DNA of 63,312 bases, counting the filler. It is 7 parts of 7 records of this genome, joined end to end, with 100 filler letters (N's around TTAATTAATTAA, not from the genome) between each part and the next. Parts side by side here need not be neighbours in the genome. Positions count along the whole stretch, not along the records: positions 58,138 to 63,312 come from DRR723986_10755; 6 more parts are not named here. One strand, 5' to 3'. Made by a program: the position numbers and the translations under genes. Below, one piece after another: positions 61,696-63,312 of this stretch; the stretch's first letter is position 1; each line of letters begins with the position of its first letter. Under the pieces are notes generated by a model. The model did not search any database. It was not told where the DNA came from and saw only the letters and a program-made list of their open reading frames with translations.

Positions 61696-63312
61696 GCCGC
61701 TACTCCTTCTTCACGGTTGGTCCGGCCTGCGCGGGCGCGCTGGAGCATGAAGACAAGGGCCAGAAGCAGAAGCCCCGGGATATAGATCAGCTCCTTCGGC
61801 AACTGATCCGCCTCGAGGCGAGCTTCTTTAACGACCACGGGTTCGTCGCCGTAGAAGTCGAACGTTCCCAGCTGTTCGAAGTAGGGCGTCCCCGGGAAGG
61901 GTTCCTCCAGCTTCAGAACACCGTCTTCTTCGAGGGTCGTCAGGCCAAGCGCCTGCAATCTGGCTTCGCCCCCGTCTTCGCTTCCGGGCGTGATCGCAAT
62001 GCGCGTTTCCATCGTGTTGCCGGTGTCGAAATCCGGACCACTCAGTACCAGACGGATCTCGCTGCCTGCAGGTGCATCGCCAACTGCCTGGACGAAACGG
62101 TCCGGCGAGACGATCTCGAACGGAGGTTGGATCCGGTTCATGAAGAAATCCGGACGGAACAGCACGAAGGCGACCAGCACCAGGGCAACACTTTCGTAGA
62201 TCCTGTTCTTGGTCAGGAAATAGCCCATGGTGCCTGCGGTAAACACAAGGATGGCTATCGTCGCCATGATGAAGACGAGTATGCCCTGGGTCACCGTGAC
62301 GTCGATCAGGAGAAGATCGGTGTTGAAGATGAAGACGAAGGGCAGGGCGACCGTCCGCAGAGAATAGAAGAATGCCGTGAACCCGGTCTTGATGGCATCG
62401 CCTCCTGACACCGCCGCCGCGGCAAAGGAGGCTAGACCCACGGGTGGCGTTACGTCCGCCATAATACCGAAATAGAAGACGAACAGGTGCACGGCAATGA
62501 GCGGAACTATCAGTCCGGATTGCGCGCCGAGTTCGACCACGACCCCGGCCATCAGTGAAGACACCACGATGTAGTTGGCCGTTGTCGGCAGACCCATGCC
62601 AAGTATCAGCGACAGGACGCCGACGAAGACCAGCATCAGCACCAGATTGCCACCGGATACGAACTCGACGAGATCTGCCATCACCTGGCCGATGCCGGTC
62701 AGGGTGACTGTGCCGACGATGATGCCGGCTGTCGCGGTCGCAAGGCCGATGCCGATCATGTTGCGGGCGCCGTCGATCATGCCGTGGACGAGGTCGTTGA
62801 CGCCCTCCTTGAAGGCTTCGACCGTCTCGTTCTCGCCCCGGAAGATCGCCTTGATCGGACGCTGGGTCAAAAGGATCGCGAAGAGCAGAGCCGTTGCCCA
62901 GAAGGCTGAAAGGCCCGGTGACTTTTGCTCGATCATCAGGAAGTAGACGAGCACGACGATCGGGAGCAGGTAGTAGAGACCAGCCTTGTAGATCTGGGAA
63001 ATATCCGGAAGCGTGATTTCCTTGGCATTGGGGTCGTCCGGATGAAGGTCTTCGACGCTGGCAGCCAGTTTCAACAGAGCGATATAGGCAAGGAAAACCA
63101 GTAGCGCGAGGATCCACGACGCGCCTTCCGGTACCAGGGCGACAATCCAGCCGACTGGGTATTGCACGCCATAGCAAAGAGCGGCAAAGGCCGCGAAAAA
63201 CACGAACATGCCGATGATCGTGCGCAGGGTCGAAACGGTCTTGTGCCCGATGGTTGGCATGTTCCGCTTAACGGCTTCAAGGTGCACGATATAGACCAGC
63301 GCGATGTAGGAA
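61692..63312 (-). CDS. TRAP transporter 4TM/12TM fusion permease, TAXI type (5'-truncated)
   Basis: VHLEA, LGMGLPTTANY, HLFVFYFGIMADVTPPVGLA. Confidence 0.93.
   Translation of the reverse strand, partial: SYIALVYIVHLEAVKRNMPTIGHKTVSTLRTIIGMFVFFAAFAALCYGVQYPVGWIVALVPEGASWILALLVFLAYIALLKLAASVEDLHPDDPNAKEITLPDISQIYKAGLYYLLPIVVLVYFLMIEQKSPGLSAFWATALLFAILLTQRPIKAIFRGENETVEAFKEGVNDLVHGMIDGARNMIGIGLATATAGIIVGTVTLTGIGQVMADLVEFVSGGNLVLMLVFVGVLSLILGMGLPTTANYIVVSSLMAGVVVELGAQSGLIVPLIAVHLFVFYFGIMADVTPPVGLASFAAAAVSGGDAIKTGFTAFFYSLRTVALPFVFIFNTDLLLIDVTVTQGILVFIMATIAILVFTAGTMGYFLTKNRIYESVALVLVAFVLFRPDFFMNRIQPPFEIVSPDRFVQAVGDAPAGSEIRLVLSGPDFDTGNTMETRIAITPGSEDGGEARLQALGLTTLEEDGVLKLEEPFPGTPYFEQLGTFDFYGDEPVVVKEARLEADQLPKELIYIPGLLLLALVFMLQRARAGRTNREEGVAA

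Noticed and set aside
61828-63177. 449-aa alternative-frame ORF, and similar shadow ORFs such as 16655-17569 and 2153-2857
   Set aside because: Overlap well-supported genes; Arg/Pro-rich composition typical of off-frame reading in GC-rich DNA

Overview
The window is not one locus. It is seven contigs joined by artificial spacers (44 N + TTAATTAATTAA + 44 N), and nothing should be linked across a spacer without further evidence. (1) 1-14119, FCB-group bacterium: three tandem choice-of-anchor-B/LVIVD secreted propeller proteins, a cytochrome-c plus YVTN-propeller lipoprotein, an FG-GAP/VCBS protein and a membrane MutS-domain-V ATPase. (2) 14220-22036, GC-rich proteobacterium: end of a Met-gamma-lyase-like gene, MarR, RND MFP plus permease, and a pectinacetylesterase-family gene split by one in-frame TAA. 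(3) 22137-29714, Rhodobacteraceae-like: rho-mnmE-mnmG-rsmG-parA-parB with two perfect parS sites, then ybaN and hemW. (4) 29815-35566, Bacteroidota metabolic genes. (5) 35667-41943, alphaproteobacterium: rpsD, ETHE1-like MBL protein, beta-hydroxyacid dehydrogenase, YHS protein, penicillin acylase, motB with CtrA-like boxes. (6) 42044-58037, FCB-group: polyprenyl synthetase, tatC, a dnaA not followed by dnaN, two giant T9SS-type cargo proteins, GNAT and the probable 3' tip of an rRNA operon. (7) 58138-63312, Rhodobacteraceae-like: SBP56 end plus His-motif membrane partner, DddP-like M24 enzyme, LysR, USP, TRAP fusion permease. Best leads: the His-rich secreted propeller/cytochrome-c cluster, and a non-coding element whose 20-nt core AAGCGACCGGCAGGAAGCTT precedes two of those genes and recurs exactly on contig 6. 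All family and taxon calls are from motif recognition by eye; no searches were run.
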